From NCBI GenBank assembly GCA_944392235.1, contig CALXVZ010000005.1, forward strand, positions 3,903-67,902: a DNA stretch of 64,000 bases. Reading direction: 5' to 3'. The stretch comes from an uncultured Alphaproteobacteria bacterium (GTDB taxonomy: Bacteria; Pseudomonadota; Alphaproteobacteria; RF32; CAG-239). A program made the position numbers and the translations under genes. Of the stretch, positions 10,170 to 21,004 are shown piece by piece. Below the pieces are notes generated by a model. The model had not been told where the DNA came from and did not search any database. It was given only the letters and a program-made list of their open reading frames with translations. Position 1 is the first letter of the stretch; each line of letters starts with the position of its first letter.

Positions 10170-13100
10170 TTATACTTTCATCAAATTACAAGTATTAGTC
10201 CACAACAAGTAAGTTTCGATTAATTTATCAGGATAAATGCGTTGGACTAACTCTTTGTAAGAAGAAAGTTGTTTTAAATAAATTTGAGGAACATCCTGAA
10301 TAGACTTTGCGGCTGGTCGATTTGTTTTATAATCAACGATGAGAACTTTTTCAGGTTCAATAACGAGTCTATCAATTTTCGCAGAAATAATTTTTCCATC
10401 AACTTCTCCAATAATTGGCACTTCAGCCTTGGAATTCTGCGTAAACAATTCAGGAAAACGAGAGCAAAGATTAATGACTTCTTCCACAATAAGAGAACGT
10501 TCAGCTGGAGAGAAATCAGAAAGGTGTTTTTTCAAAAAATTATCAGCAGCGCTTTGACGAGTCGTTTCCGGTAATATAGAAATGTATTGTAATAATTTAT
10601 GTATAACAGACCCTCGTCTATAAAAATTACCAGCCTCTTCAAGAGGAGATGCAACAATATCTTCTTCATCAGAAGTATCTTTAGACGGAGTATACGGCTT
10701 AGCTAAAGGGTCTTCTACAGGAGCCGGAGAAAGCAAAAAGGAAAAATCTTTTGAGCAATAAGTAACTATTGGCGTCTCTTCGCTATTTTTAACAATATTT
10801 AATTGTGGAACATCATAAACAATACGTTTATCATCATCTGGTAAAGAAATATTTGATTTTAAATTATCTGCAAGCAATTTATACCAAGATTGAGCGTCAG
10901 CGTCCCTAGATTTAGAAAAACCGGCAATATATAATCTATCTTCGGCACGAGTAAGTGCAACATATAATAATCTGCGATATTCATCAAAGTCAGCATCTAG
11001 ATTTGCTGTTTTAATTCTGTTACAACTATCATCATAAGAAGCAGCTGAAAGAGGAAAATAAAACAAATCATCATTATCCCATAAGAATTCACTTTTACGG
11101 GATTTATTTTTTATTTTAGTAGTATCAGCAAGGATGACAATAGGAGCTTGCAATCCTTTGGAACCATGAACAGTCATAATCTTTACAGTATTACTTTCTC
11201 CCTGTTCCATTTCCTTTTGAATAATTACTTCATCTTGCAAAATCCAAGCAATAAAAGCTTCTAAAGAAGGAGTATGATTTTGCTCAAATATGATAGAAAG
11301 ATTCAAAAATTCGTCTAAAACATCTTCAACTTCGATTCCCATACGAGCAATAAAATTCTGTCTTCCATGTAATTTAACAAGTACAGTATTAAAAATTTCA
11401 AAAGGTCGAGCAAATCCTACAAGATTGAGAAGTTCTTTAAGAATATCAGTGACAGATGAATATTTAGGATTTTTTAAGAGGCTATGGAAAAGAGTTCCTT
11501 TGCGATTAAAACAAAGCTCAAATAGATCATCATCATTAAGACCAAAAATAGGGGATTTAAGAACTTCAGCAAGAGATAAATCATCCGTAGGAAGCAGTAG
11601 AAATTTACCTAAAGATATCAAATCTTGCACTGCAATCTGTTCTAGAAGTTTTAATTTATCGACACCGGCAACATTTACTCCAATATCTTTACATGCACGA
11701 ACAAATTCCTCAACAAAACTTTTTCTTTGTTGAACCAAAAACATAAAGTCTCCATATTTAATAGGTCGATTCTTAGATGGAAGAATTTCTTTATTTTCCA
11801 CCATATTTTTAATATTAAGAGCAATTTGTCTAGCAAGAATTGCGGATACAGAAATTTTTTGTTCGCGAGTGACGGGAATAATCCAATTATAATCATTTTT
11901 AGAAGAAGTCTCATCAGGTTGAATTAAGGGTAAAACTTCAACACGACCTGCGTCACCGATTCTAAAAGGTAAGTGATTAATATGCTCTCCATCAGGAACG
12001 ACGCCTTTTTTAGCAGCGTCTATATCAAAAAGCAGATTAACACAATCCATAATAGCTTTTGTAGAGCGAAAGGATACATCGAGATGGACTTTTTTGAAAT
12101 CAAGGATTCGTTCATCAAAATAATGATACATTTTATCAAATTCATTAGGGTCAGCACCTTGAAAACTATAGATAGACTGTTTTCTGTCGCCAACAACAAA
12201 AACAGTGCGAGGGATTCGATCTTGATAAGCCCCATCACCTGCAAAAAATTCTTGAGTAAGAGCACGAATAATAGCCCATTGAATAGGAGAAGTATCCTGA
12301 GCCTCATCAATAAGAATATGGTCAATACCTCCATCAAGTTTGAATAAAACCCAATCAGCAACAGATTTATCTTCAAGCAAACGACGAGTAATAACGATTA
12401 AATCCTCATAATCTAAAGATGCATATATTTCTTTATAATCACGATAACGGGTGATTATATTTTGAGCGATATAAAGAACAGAAATTGTTGATTTAAGAAC
12501 ATTAAGAGAAGTAATTTTTTTCTCAGTGAGGACTATTCTTTGAGCTTCATTATTCATAAATTGCACAATTTCTGGAAATTTAGTAATAACTCCCTTTGTC
12601 GCTAAAGAACTGCGTATATTTCCATCGTCTTTAATAAAAATTTTTTTATACTTATTATACAGAGCTGAAGAAAAATCAGAAGTTGCAATTTCGGAAAAAA
12701 CTTGAGCACGTTTTAAATCTTCTTTACTCCCTTGACTAAATGCATCGATAGCAAATTTTAGTTTATCACGAGCTATCGATGAGAGAACCTTCTTTTGGAG
12801 ATTTTCGACATTCAATGACGAAGAAACATCAAGTTTTTGTTCAAGTAAGTTAGTAATTAAAGAGATATTATTATCAAATTTTAATAAGAGAGAATAAATC
12901 TTACTACGATTCGTCGTAATAAGATTCATTATTTCTGGAAATTTATATTCACTAGTATTTTGAGTAAGATAAGCAATAGATTGAGCAAGATGACTATTAG
13001 AATCAATATCAGTCTGCTTTAAGAGATCAATTTTTAAGTTCTGCAAAATTTCTTTGGATCTTCTATCATCCATAACTTCAAAGTAAGGAGAAATACCAGC

Positions 13101-13547
13101 TTCTAAAGGAAAACGCTTTAAGACATCTTGACAGAAGCTATGAATTGTTTGGATTTTCATCCCTCCCGGCGTATCTAAGAGCGTAGCAAATAAAGTGCGA
13201 GCAAAAGACAAAAGCTGAGTCTTATCAACAGAGTTATAATCGTTTCCAAGTAGATTATTTAATTCCTTTTCAAGTTTTTCATCCGTTTCAACAGCCCAAG
13301 AACTAAGACGCTTGGCAATACGCTCGCTCATTTCGACAGCAGCAGCTTTAGTGTATGTCAAACAAAGAATTTTTGAAGGATTAACTTTTGCTAACAAGAG
13401 TCGTAAAACTCTATCAGATAAAACTTTAGTTTTTCCGGTTCCAGCGGAAGCTTCAACCCAAACGGAGCTAAGAGGGTTAGACGCAGAAGCTTGCTGTAAA
13501 GAAGCTAAATTTTCTAGTTTATTTTTTTCAACAGCAATATCATTCAT
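10170..13547 (-). CDS. addA: Double-strand break repair helicase/nuclease AddA
   Basis: VWVEASAGTGKT Walker A, HILIDEAQDTS, VGDRKQSIYSFQGA, MTVHGSKGLQAP, LLYVALTRAEDRL, nuclease IDRL...IVDYKT. Confidence 0.96.
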   Translation of the reverse strand: MNDIAVEKNKLENLASLQQASASNPLSSVWVEASAGTGKTKVLSDRVLRLLLAKVNPSKILCLTYTKAAAVEMSERIAKRLSSWAVETDEKLEKELNNLLGNDYNSVDKTQLLSFARTLFATLLDTPGGMKIQTIHSFCQDVLKRFPLEAGISPYFEVMDDRRSKEILQNLKIDLLKQTDIDSNSHLAQSIAYLTQNTSEYKFPEIMNLITTNRSKIYSLLLKFDNNISLITNLLEQKLDVSSSLNVENLQKKVLSSIARDKLKFAIDAFSQGSKEDLKRAQVFSEIATSDFSSALYNKYKKIFIKDDGNIRSSLATKGVITKFPEIVQFMNNEAQRIVLTEKKITSLNVLKSTISVLYIAQNIITRYRDYKEIYASLDYEDLIVITRRLLEDKSVADWVLFKLDGGIDHILIDEAQDTSPIQWAIIRALTQEFFAGDGAYQDRIPRTVFVVGDRKQSIYSFQGADPNEFDKMYHYFDERILDFKKVHLDVSFRSTKAIMDCVNLLFDIDAAKKGVVPDGEHINHLPFRIGDAGRVEVLPLIQPDETSSKNDYNWIIPVTREQKISVSAILARQIALNIKNMVENKEILPSKNRPIKYGDFMFLVQQRKSFVEEFVRACKDIGVNVAGVDKLKLLEQIAVQDLISLGKFLLLPTDDLSLAEVLKSPIFGLNDDDLFELCFNRKGTLFHSLLKNPKYSSVTDILKELLNLVGFARPFEIFNTVLVKLHGRQNFIARMGIEVEDVLDEFLNLSIIFEQNHTPSLEAFIAWILQDEVIIQKEMEQGESNTVKIMTVHGSKGLQAPIVILADTTKIKNKSRKSEFLWDNDDLFYFPLSAASYDDSCNRIKTANLDADFDEYRRLLYVALTRAEDRLYIAGFSKSRDADAQSWYKLLADNLKSNISLPDDDKRIVYDVPQLNIVKNSEETPIVTYCSKDFSFLLSPAPVEDPLAKPYTPSKDTSDEEDIVASPLEEAGNFYRRGSVIHKLLQYISILPETTRQSAADNFLKKHLSDFSPAERSLIVEEVINLCSRFPELFTQNSKAEVPIIGEVDGKIISAKIDRLVIEPEKVLIVDYKTNRPAAKSIQDVPQIYLKQLSSYKELVQRIYPDKLIETYLLWTNTCNLMKV

Positions 13548-16443
13548 CAGAACTTTCTCCCTCTTCTTGAACAGACCATTCTCTAATACGAGCTAAATGT
13601 TCATAATCAGTATTTTTAGGAATAAATTTAGGTGTTGGACGAGAATGATATGGAGTTGTTTCGAAATCAAATGTTTCTACTAATTTGAGTAAATATTCTT
13701 CTGTTTGTTGCAAGAGTTTATCTGCATCAGGATCAATTTCCAAAGAAGAATTGCCTAATTGCCAATAAATAAGTTGCTGAACAGTAGCATTAGAAATACC
13801 TTTAAAAGAACCTTTTGTAGCAATCAAACCTTCAAGAGGAAGTTGTAGAGCATGACCACTAAGGACTTGTTTTTTAGAAGGAATTTTTCCTGTTTTATAA
13901 TCTAAAATATTAAGATATCCATTTTTTAGCTCATCAATTCGATCCGCTGTGGCTGTAAAAGTAAAAGAACCATTAGGCAGAGAATATTTAATTTCACCTT
14001 TAATTTCATTATGGACAGTTTTAACTAAAGCACGGTAGTTTTGCTCTTGTTCAACAATCCATTCAGCGGTTTTTAAGAATTTAGGCCACCAAAAAGCCTC
14101 AAGATCTTTTGAAACGTGATACGATTGAAAACATTCTTTTCCAATATTGATTAAAACATCCAAAGGATTTTCAGGAAGCTCAGCAGGATATTCATTATTA
14201 AAATTTTCGATAATTTGGTGAATAAGAGTTCCATAATCACGTTGATCTTGTTCTTTATCTAAATCATCTAAAGGATATAATTTTAGAATATATTTAGCAA
14301 AAACAGAGTATGGATCTTGAACAAGTAAATCAACACCACTAGCAGAAAGTTTTCTAGGACGAGCGGAGAGCGGTGGACAAGGAGCCGGAGGCTTGATTGA
14401 AGTATAAGAAAGAGGTTTATCAATTTGATTTAAGAACAGAGAAAAGTCAGAATCAAAAAGAGTTTGTATATTAGAATTTAGAGCCTTTAAGACAGTTTCA
14501 AAGCGAAGCAGCCAACGAGATTTTTTCATAGGTACGCCGTCAACTCTTTCTGCTCTAGTAATAATAACATTTTGGATAGCTAAAAAACCACATAAATCAG
14601 CACCTAAAATACCAATAGCTTTTTCAGGAAGACTGAAGCCAAAGTCTTTTTTCATAGGTCTGGACATCCACATATCAGCTTGTGCTGGCTTAGGCCAAAT
14701 CCCTTCATTAACTTCGCCAAGGATAACGGTATCAAAGTGATGTAATCTCGCCTCAATTGGACCAAGAATACTTAAACGCGGATGGGTGCCAAATTTCGTT
14801 CGAACAGTTTCCAATCCCATGAGCTCACATAATAAAGGCAAATAGTCTTCGCCATTAATTAATCCAAGAGCATTTGCTGAGGATAATAGTTTTGTAATAA
14901 ATGATGCAGCAGATTTTCCTGCATCTCCTTTCCAAAGAATAAGATTTCCAGCGAGTTCATTTGTTGAAGCAAAAAGTTCTGCCAATTGAATATGCTTTGT
15001 AAGAATTTCTTTAAACGCTATCTGGGAGTTTTTCAGACATTCTGAAAAATCAAGTAATTGATTACGGATTTCCTGAATAAAAGCAAGATTATCTTGAGAA
15101 ACAGAAGCAATATCATCATTTCTTAAAGAAGTTTCATAGGAATAAGCAATATTTCTAAAATTAGCCGCATTTTTTCCAAAAAGCATAAAAGGATTCTTAA
15201 GTAATGAAATAAATTTAATATTAGATTCGCAATCTGCGGCAGCTTCAGCGATTAATCTCAAATAAATTCCCACAGAAGATAGGGAGAGAGGTAAACCAGC
15301 TGAATCATCAACTTTTACTTCAAAACGTTCTAGTTCCGCAGCAACACGACGTGCCAAGTTTCGATCATAGGTTATAAGAGCAGCAGTCTTTTCCGGAGTA
15401 TTGAGAACTTCACGCATTTTAAGAGCAATAGCAAGAGCCTCGTCTCTTTGATTGTTGCAATTAATAATAGAGATACCTTTAAGAGCCGTATTAAGATTAA
15501 AATCAGGAGAAATATTTCTCCATTCATTAGAGACTAAAGCAGGCCTCATAATTTCAGAAATAAGTAATTCTCTATCAGGCAATTGAGGGGTGATAATATC
15601 TGAGACATCATCACGAGAAATACTCAAAAGATTGAATAGTTCTTTTAGCTCAAACATAGGATGAGTTTCATCAACGGCATCCCAATAATCAGTATCAGCA
15701 AATCTATCGATTCCCGAGAAGTAGATTTCTCCATTTGGAAGAGACATGATACATTTCAGTAAAGAAATGATTGCAGGAAAACTAGCAGTAATACCTGCTG
15801 CAACGATATTTTGAGAAGGCTTATTTTGAGACCAAATTTGAGCTTGTCGAAATAATAAAGAGTTATTTTTCTTACAAACATCAACAGCATCTCTTTCCTC
15901 TAAAATTTGTGGCCAAAATTCAGTGATAATTTTAAGCAATTTGAGCGTTTCTTGCCAGTGAGAAGCATATTTCTCAGGAACAAGATCTTGTAGTTTATTA
16001 AAAGAAAGTCCTTGATTATAGGCTGTATCAATAAGTTTTGCGAGATCAATAGCCAAACTAAGAGCCTGAGCCAAAGAAATTTGCTTTAAGCCAAAATCAG
16101 AAGGCTTGGACATAATTAATCGAGTAAAAAGAAAAAGTCTTTCATTACGATCAATTGTGCTAGTTTCTTCTTCAAACATGGCATTTAAATTAAAGCCACT
16201 AAAAAAAATCTCATCATCATCAAGATCAGCAATAGGAAGCATTTGAGGCAAAATAGAAGGGTGTCTACCGCAAATACGCACAAATGCATTTGTTAAGTCA
16301 ACACACGCTCTACGATTCGGGAGTAAGAATAAGACATTGGCAAGCTGCAAATAATCATTACGATATTTATCTATATAAATTTTTGCCAAAGTATCCCAAA
16401 AGGAGCAACTGCATGGAATATTGAATAGATGAGAAGGTTGCAT
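13540..16443 (-). CDS. addB: Double-strand break repair protein AddB
   Basis: FLLPNRRAC, ILGPIEARL, LSASGVDLLVQDPY, ADRIDE...ILDYKTG PD-(D/E)xK; adjacent to addA. Confidence 0.94.
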   Translation of the reverse strand: MQPSHLFNIPCSCSFWDTLAKIYIDKYRNDYLQLANVLFLLPNRRACVDLTNAFVRICGRHPSILPQMLPIADLDDDEIFFSGFNLNAMFEEETSTIDRNERLFLFTRLIMSKPSDFGLKQISLAQALSLAIDLAKLIDTAYNQGLSFNKLQDLVPEKYASHWQETLKLLKIITEFWPQILEERDAVDVCKKNNSLLFRQAQIWSQNKPSQNIVAAGITASFPAIISLLKCIMSLPNGEIYFSGIDRFADTDYWDAVDETHPMFELKELFNLLSISRDDVSDIITPQLPDRELLISEIMRPALVSNEWRNISPDFNLNTALKGISIINCNNQRDEALAIALKMREVLNTPEKTAALITYDRNLARRVAAELERFEVKVDDSAGLPLSLSSVGIYLRLIAEAAADCESNIKFISLLKNPFMLFGKNAANFRNIAYSYETSLRNDDIASVSQDNLAFIQEIRNQLLDFSECLKNSQIAFKEILTKHIQLAELFASTNELAGNLILWKGDAGKSAASFITKLLSSANALGLINGEDYLPLLCELMGLETVRTKFGTHPRLSILGPIEARLHHFDTVILGEVNEGIWPKPAQADMWMSRPMKKDFGFSLPEKAIGILGADLCGFLAIQNVIITRAERVDGVPMKKSRWLLRFETVLKALNSNIQTLFDSDFSLFLNQIDKPLSYTSIKPPAPCPPLSARPRKLSASGVDLLVQDPYSVFAKYILKLYPLDDLDKEQDQRDYGTLIHQIIENFNNEYPAELPENPLDVLINIGKECFQSYHVSKDLEAFWWPKFLKTAEWIVEQEQNYRALVKTVHNEIKGEIKYSLPNGSFTFTATADRIDELKNGYLNILDYKTGKIPSKKQVLSGHALQLPLEGLIATKGSFKGISNATVQQLIYWQLGNSSLEIDPDADKLLQQTEEYLLKLVETFDFETTPYHSRPTPKFIPKNTDYEHLARIREWSVQEEGESSDE

Positions 16444-17045
16444 TAGTTTTCGTTTTCTCCAGTAATATAAGCAACAAATTTTTGCAAAGCTCTGCCTCTA
16501 TGAGAAATTTTATTTTTTTCCTCACTAGTAAATTCGGCAAAAGAGCGAGAAAATCCGGTCGGGATAAAAATTGGATCATATCCAAACCCAGCAGTTCCAA
16601 TTTTACGGGTTGCAATATTCCCATCGACACGTCCCTCAAAAGATTTATATGAACCATCAGGAAGGGCAAGAACAATGACACAAGAAAAATGAGCTGCTCT
16701 ATTTTTAGAATTTGTATCATCAAGTTCTTTTAAGAGCTTATCCATACCAAGATTAAAATCACGATTCGGTGCATATCGAGCAGTATAAACACCAGGTTTT
16801 CCCCCAATAGCATCAACACAGAGACCTGAATCATCTGCAATACAAGGAATGTTTTGAGCTTTTGCCGCTGCAACAGCTTTAATATAAGCATTTTCCTCAA
16901 AAGTTTTACCAGTTTCTTCAACATCAGGTAAGTTTAAATCACGAGCAGAAAGAATTTGAATACCATAAGGAGCAAGTATTTCTTTTATTTCTGCAATTTT
17001 TCCGAGATTATGACTAGCAAAAATAAGTTCTTTATATTTCAACAT
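16443..17045 (-). CDS. rdgB: Non-canonical purine NTP pyrophosphatase (RdgB/HAM1)
   Basis: ASHNLGK, EETGKTFEENA, ADDSGL, GFGYDPIF, KNKISHRGRA. Confidence 0.96.
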   Translation of the reverse strand: MLKYKELIFASHNLGKIAEIKEILAPYGIQILSARDLNLPDVEETGKTFEENAYIKAVAAAKAQNIPCIADDSGLCVDAIGGKPGVYTARYAPNRDFNLGMDKLLKELDDTNSKNRAAHFSCVIVLALPDGSYKSFEGRVDGNIATRKIGTAGFGYDPIFIPTGFSRSFAEFTSEEKNKISHRGRALQKFVAYITGENEN

Positions 17046-17751
17046 TTTTTAAGGCCTCTTTTTGTAAATTAATTAATTGAAGAACACCAGTTTGAGCGAG
17101 TTTCATAAGAGCAAGGTAATCATCTTGAGAGAATGGATCACCTTCAGCAGTTCCTTGAATCTCTACAATTTTTCCACTTTCAGTTAATACAAAATTAGCA
17201 TCAACTTGAGCAGTTGAATCCTCGCTATATTCTAAATCTAATAAAAGTTCATTATGACAAATTCCGACGGAGACAGCTGCAACAAATTCTTTGATAGGAT
17301 TATAGGGGATTTTCCCATTATTAACCATTTTCTGTAAAGCAAGATAAAGAGCAACAAAGCTACCTGTGATTGCTGCTGTTCTAGTTCCGCCATCTGCTTG
17401 AATAACATCGCAATCAATTAAGATAGAAAAACCTTTAAGAACAGAAAGATCCACCACAGAACGTAATGAACGCCCTATTAATCTTTGAATTTCATGCGTT
17501 CTTCCGCCAACACCATGAGTTTCACGAGAAACACGAGTAGCGGTAGCTCTAGGTAAAAGCGCATACTCAGCAGTTATCCAACCTTTCTCTTCATTTTTTA
17601 ACCATTGAGGAATCTTTTCATCAACAGAGGCAGTGCAAATAACATGTGTGTTTCCACATTTTATAAGGCAAGATCCCTCAGCGTAGAGATTACAATTAGG
17701 AATAATCTCAATATGTCTTAACTCATCAGATGTACGATTATTATTTCTCAT
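17032..17751 (-). CDS. rph: Ribonuclease PH
   Basis: AEGSCLIKCGNTHVICTAS, GWITAEYALLPRAT, EIQRLIGRSLR, DCDVIQADGGTRTAAITG. Confidence 0.97.
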   Translation of the reverse strand: MRNNNRTSDELRHIEIIPNCNLYAEGSCLIKCGNTHVICTASVDEKIPQWLKNEEKGWITAEYALLPRATATRVSRETHGVGGRTHEIQRLIGRSLRSVVDLSVLKGFSILIDCDVIQADGGTRTAAITGSFVALYLALQKMVNNGKIPYNPIKEFVAAVSVGICHNELLLDLEYSEDSTAQVDANFVLTESGKIVEIQGTAEGDPFSQDDYLALMKLAQTGVLQLINLQKEALKNVEI

Positions 17752-18320
17752 AAAAGTTTATCCTCTTCATTATATTTCGAACCTAAATAAGCATTAATAG
17801 CATTAAGAACACGAGTAACAGTATTTTCGACAGCTTCATTTTTAGTTTCAACAACAATATCAGCTTCTGAATAGTAAGGATACTCAGCATCCATGTAAGA
17901 CTGCAGTTTATTTTTTATTTTAGAATCACTACATTGCAAGAAAGGTCGTCTTTTTCTACCAGCTGTTCTATTGTATAAAACATCAATATCCGCTTTGAGC
18001 CAAATAGTAAGAGCGTTTTTTTTTGCTAAAGATCTGGTTTGATCAGCAACGAAAGCCCCTCCGCCAGAAGCAAGAACACAAGGGGAACCAGATAAAAGCC
18101 TTTTCATAATTCTTTCTTCCCCTGCTCGATACTCATCAACACCAAAACATTTGAAGACATCTATAACAGAAAGTCCGGCTGCTTTTTCGATTTCTTGATC
18201 CCCATCAACAAAAGGAAGTCCAAGTTTTTTAGCGAGTCTTTTTCCAACACTAGTTTTTCCACTACCGATAAGGCCAACCAGTAATATTATTTTATTAGTT
18301 TTAAGCATATTGTTCTTCAT
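17748..18320 (-). CDS. aroK: Shikimate kinase
   Basis: LVGLIGSGKTSVG Walker A, FVDGDQEIE, LASGGG, RPFL. Confidence 0.93.
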   Translation of the reverse strand: MKNNMLKTNKIILLVGLIGSGKTSVGKRLAKKLGLPFVDGDQEIEKAAGLSVIDVFKCFGVDEYRAGEERIMKRLLSGSPCVLASGGGAFVADQTRSLAKKNALTIWLKADIDVLYNRTAGRKRRPFLQCSDSKIKNKLQSYMDAEYPYYSEADIVVETKNEAVENTVTRVLNAINAYLGSKYNEEDKLL

Positions 18321-18424
18321 AAAAAATATTATTCACACTTTACAATAAAAGATATAATGATAATAATAATAATCAACATCTATTTAAATAAAGTCAAAAA
18401 AAGCAATATCCAAGGGAGAAAAAA

Positions 18425-18568
18425 ATGAAAAACAAAAGTAATAAATATATGATGATATATGTAATTTTAGGAGTTATAGCAATAAGCATAGTCTATACGG
18501 CATGTAAAGATATAACACCTGAGCAGAATAGAGTAGAAGCAAATGTGGAATTGAAGCTTAGCAAATGA
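18425..18568 (+). CDS. Small (47 aa) single-TM protein upstream of xerD
   Basis: Manual translation MKNKSNKYMMIYVILGVIAISIVYTACKDITPEQNRVEANVELKLSK; GGGAG RBS; stop overlaps xerD start (ATGA). A similar small ORF lies between aroK and xerD in many alphaproteobacteria (from memory). Confidence 0.7.
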   Translation: MKNKSNKYMMIYVILGVIAISIVYTACKDITPEQNRVEANVELKLSK

Positions 18569-19479
18569 GAGATTATATTATCGAATTCATAGATGCCAAA
18601 TCTGTAGAAGGGGGAGCAGCATTAAATACTTTGAGGGCATATCGCAATGATATAGAACAATTTTCTAGATTTATACATCCCCGAGATATAGAAAAGGCAA
18701 GTTTTGAAGATATAGAAAATTATTTAGTAAAAATTAAAACAAAGGGATATACACCTAAATCATTATCTCGCAAAATCTCATCTATAAGAGAGTTTTATAA
18801 ATTTCTTCAAAGCGAAAAAATAATAACAGAAAATCCAGCCGGTAAATTAATGACGCCTAAAGTTGGAAAAAGTTTACCTCGTTTTTTGACAGCACAAGAA
18901 GTAAAAAAGATTTGTGCAACAGCAAAATCTGCTAAAAATTTTTCATCAATCCGAATGAATGTAATGATAAAATTAATGTACTCATCAGGGCTGAGAGTTT
19001 CCGAATTGGTAGCTCTTCCAGAAAATGCTATAAATTATGAGTTAAGGCAGATTCTAATATTAGGAAAGGGGAGTAAAGAACGTATAGTTCCGGTAACTAA
19101 AGAAGTGGTTACGGATATATTTGAATATTTGGAGTATCGCCAAAGATACATAGGTGATAGGAAAAGTAATTGGCTATTTCCCTCAATTTCTTCATTATCA
19201 GGACATATAACAAGAGGGGGGTTCTTTAAAAACCTAAAAAAAATCGCAATAAAAGCTGGAATTCCGACATCAAAAGTACATCCTCATGTGCTACGTCATT
19301 CGTTTGCAACCAGATTAGTTAATAATAATGCAGATTTACGTTCGATACAAAAGATGTTAGGTCATGAAAGTATAACCACAACAGAAATTTATACTCATAT
19401 AACAGCAGAAAAATTAAGTGATGAAGTCAAGAAATATCATCCACTGCAACAGTTGAATAAGAAACAAAATGACAACTAA
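18565..19479 (+). CDS. xerD: Tyrosine recombinase XerD
   Basis: NTLRAYRNDI SAM domain, YSSGLRVSELV, GKGSKERIVP, HPHVLRHSFAT, IQKMLGHESITTTEIYTH; alphaproteobacterial aroK/xerD context. Confidence 0.9.
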   Translation: MRDYIIEFIDAKSVEGGAALNTLRAYRNDIEQFSRFIHPRDIEKASFEDIENYLVKIKTKGYTPKSLSRKISSIREFYKFLQSEKIITENPAGKLMTPKVGKSLPRFLTAQEVKKICATAKSAKNFSSIRMNVMIKLMYSSGLRVSELVALPENAINYELRQILILGKGSKERIVPVTKEVVTDIFEYLEYRQRYIGDRKSNWLFPSISSLSGHITRGGFFKNLKKIAIKAGIPTSKVHPHVLRHSFATRLVNNNADLRSIQKMLGHESITTTEIYTHITAEKLSDEVKKYHPLQQLNKKQNDN

Positions 19480-19981
19480 AAAGCTCCATATATCAGAAGA
19501 ACCACATAGTAATGATCTAGAAAGTTTAGGGAGTATATTTGTCCCTATAGTAAAAGAGATTATGAATTCAGAAGATTTTATAGAAGCCGATATTTTGTTA
19601 AATTGGTATGATGTCGTGGGACAAGAATTAGGCAGGGTGATACGCCCACTAAAAATAAAATATGATAAAAAAGAGAGTCTAAGAGTGCTGTATATAGAGG
19701 TTCCTGCAGGAGGATATGCACTAGAAATTCAACATAGGGAAAAGTATATAATAGAAAAGATTAATGCATATTTTGGATATAGTGCAATTCAAAAACTAAA
19801 TATTAGTCAAAATTTAAATATGCGTCCCAAAATGCCCCAAAAGATAGAAAAAGAAGCGATTTTAACAGAAAAAGAAGAAAAATATGTAGAAGAAATTACC
19901 GATGGAATAAAAGATGAGAAATTAAAGAAAATTTTAATAAAATTAGGTAAAAGTGTGGTATTATCTAATCGGGAGAAATAA
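19469..19981 (+). CDS. DUF721 / DciA-family protein
   Basis: NWYDVVG...P.KI...L.I.V...ALEIQH....IIEKINAYFGY.AI.K.NI.Q pattern; precedes dsbA. Confidence 0.75.
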   Translation: MTTKKLHISEEPHSNDLESLGSIFVPIVKEIMNSEDFIEADILLNWYDVVGQELGRVIRPLKIKYDKKESLRVLYIEVPAGGYALEIQHREKYIIEKINAYFGYSAIQKLNISQNLNMRPKMPQKIEKEAILTEKEEKYVEEITDGIKDEKLKKILIKLGKSVVLSNREK

Positions 19982-19982
19982 G

Positions 19983-20696
19983 ATGGTGAAAATAATTAAA
20001 AGAATAAGCCGCTTTTTAGCATTAATAGTAGTATATTTGATGTGTGCATACGGATATTTGACAACTAAAGGTTTTATTATAAGAGATGGAGAACCGGTTC
20101 TAAGTAATGTAGCTCAAGCAAAAAATGAATTTGCAACAAAAGTTGAAGGGGAAATCCCATTAAATGAACGTCAAATGCGAGTAGAAGGAAAAGAAGAAGC
20201 CCCAATAACTATTTATGGCTTCTCATCGATGGCTTGTTCACATTGTAACGATTTTCATAATTATATATTACCTAAAATTAGAAGAGATTTTATTGATACA
20301 GGCAAGGCAAAATATATATATATACATTTCCCATTAGATGTAACATCGATGCGAGCAGCAAAGATATCATATTGCTTGCCAAAAGAAAAGTATAATGATT
20401 TTATAACAGAATTATACAAAAGAAAAGATTGGCTATATTCAGGAAAGAAAGAAGTGTTGAACAAATATGCAAAAGAATATGGAATGAGTGAAACAGATAT
20501 AAAAAAGTGTGATGATGACAAGAAACTGACAAGTGACATATTATTGACTGTTGACAGCGGGATAAAAACTTTTGGAATACAAGGAACTCCGTCATTTGTT
20601 ATATCTGTAGGAGATAAAAAGGAACTTATTCAAGGAAGTAAAAAATATGAAGATCTGAAAGAGTATTTAAATAACCGTATACAAGAGGTAAAATAA
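19983..20696 (+). CDS. DsbA-family thiol-disulfide oxidoreductase
   Basis: N-terminal TM, SMACSHC (CxxC), YIHFPL, GIQGTPSF; start at ATG 19983 after GGGAG. Confidence 0.88.
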   Translation: MVKIIKRISRFLALIVVYLMCAYGYLTTKGFIIRDGEPVLSNVAQAKNEFATKVEGEIPLNERQMRVEGKEEAPITIYGFSSMACSHCNDFHNYILPKIRRDFIDTGKAKYIYIHFPLDVTSMRAAKISYCLPKEKYNDFITELYKRKDWLYSGKKEVLNKYAKEYGMSETDIKKCDDDKKLTSDILLTVDSGIKTFGIQGTPSFVISVGDKKELIQGSKKYEDLKEYLNNRIQEVK

Positions 20697-20697
20697 A

Positions 20698-21000
20698 ATG
20701 GAAATACCTGAGGATATAAAAGCTCTAAATGAAAAAATATCCCAATTAAAAAAAGAACAAAATAAGGAAGATACTATAGATAAACATACGAATTTTTCCC
20801 ATATAGCCAGAGGGATGCGAATGGGCGTAGAGTTAGCGTCAGGAACTATTGTAGGAGCAGGAATGGGGTATGTTCTGGATGAAATATTTGACTTTAAGTT
20901 TTTAATGTTGCTAATATTTACTATATTAGGAGGTTTTGCAGGTATGCTAAATGCATATAGGTATGTTAAAGAAATAAATAAAGAAGATAGGGGAGAATAA
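20698..21000 (+). CDS. atpI: AtpZ/AtpI family protein
   Basis: GVELASGTIVGAGMGYVLD...LGGFAGMLN; first gene of F0 operon. Confidence 0.85.
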   Translation: MEIPEDIKALNEKISQLKKEQNKEDTIDKHTNFSHIARGMRMGVELASGTIVGAGMGYVLDEIFDFKFLMLLIFTILGGFAGMLNAYRYVKEINKEDRGE

Positions 21001-21004
21001 GATC

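Noticed and set aside
18565-19479. xerD as the integrase or shufflon recombinase (Rci) of a pil/T4SS element
   Set aside because: It has a housekeeping XerD sequence and the typical aroK/small ORF/xerD context, is separated from the locus by DsbA and the F0 operon, and no pilV or sfx-type repeats were seen.
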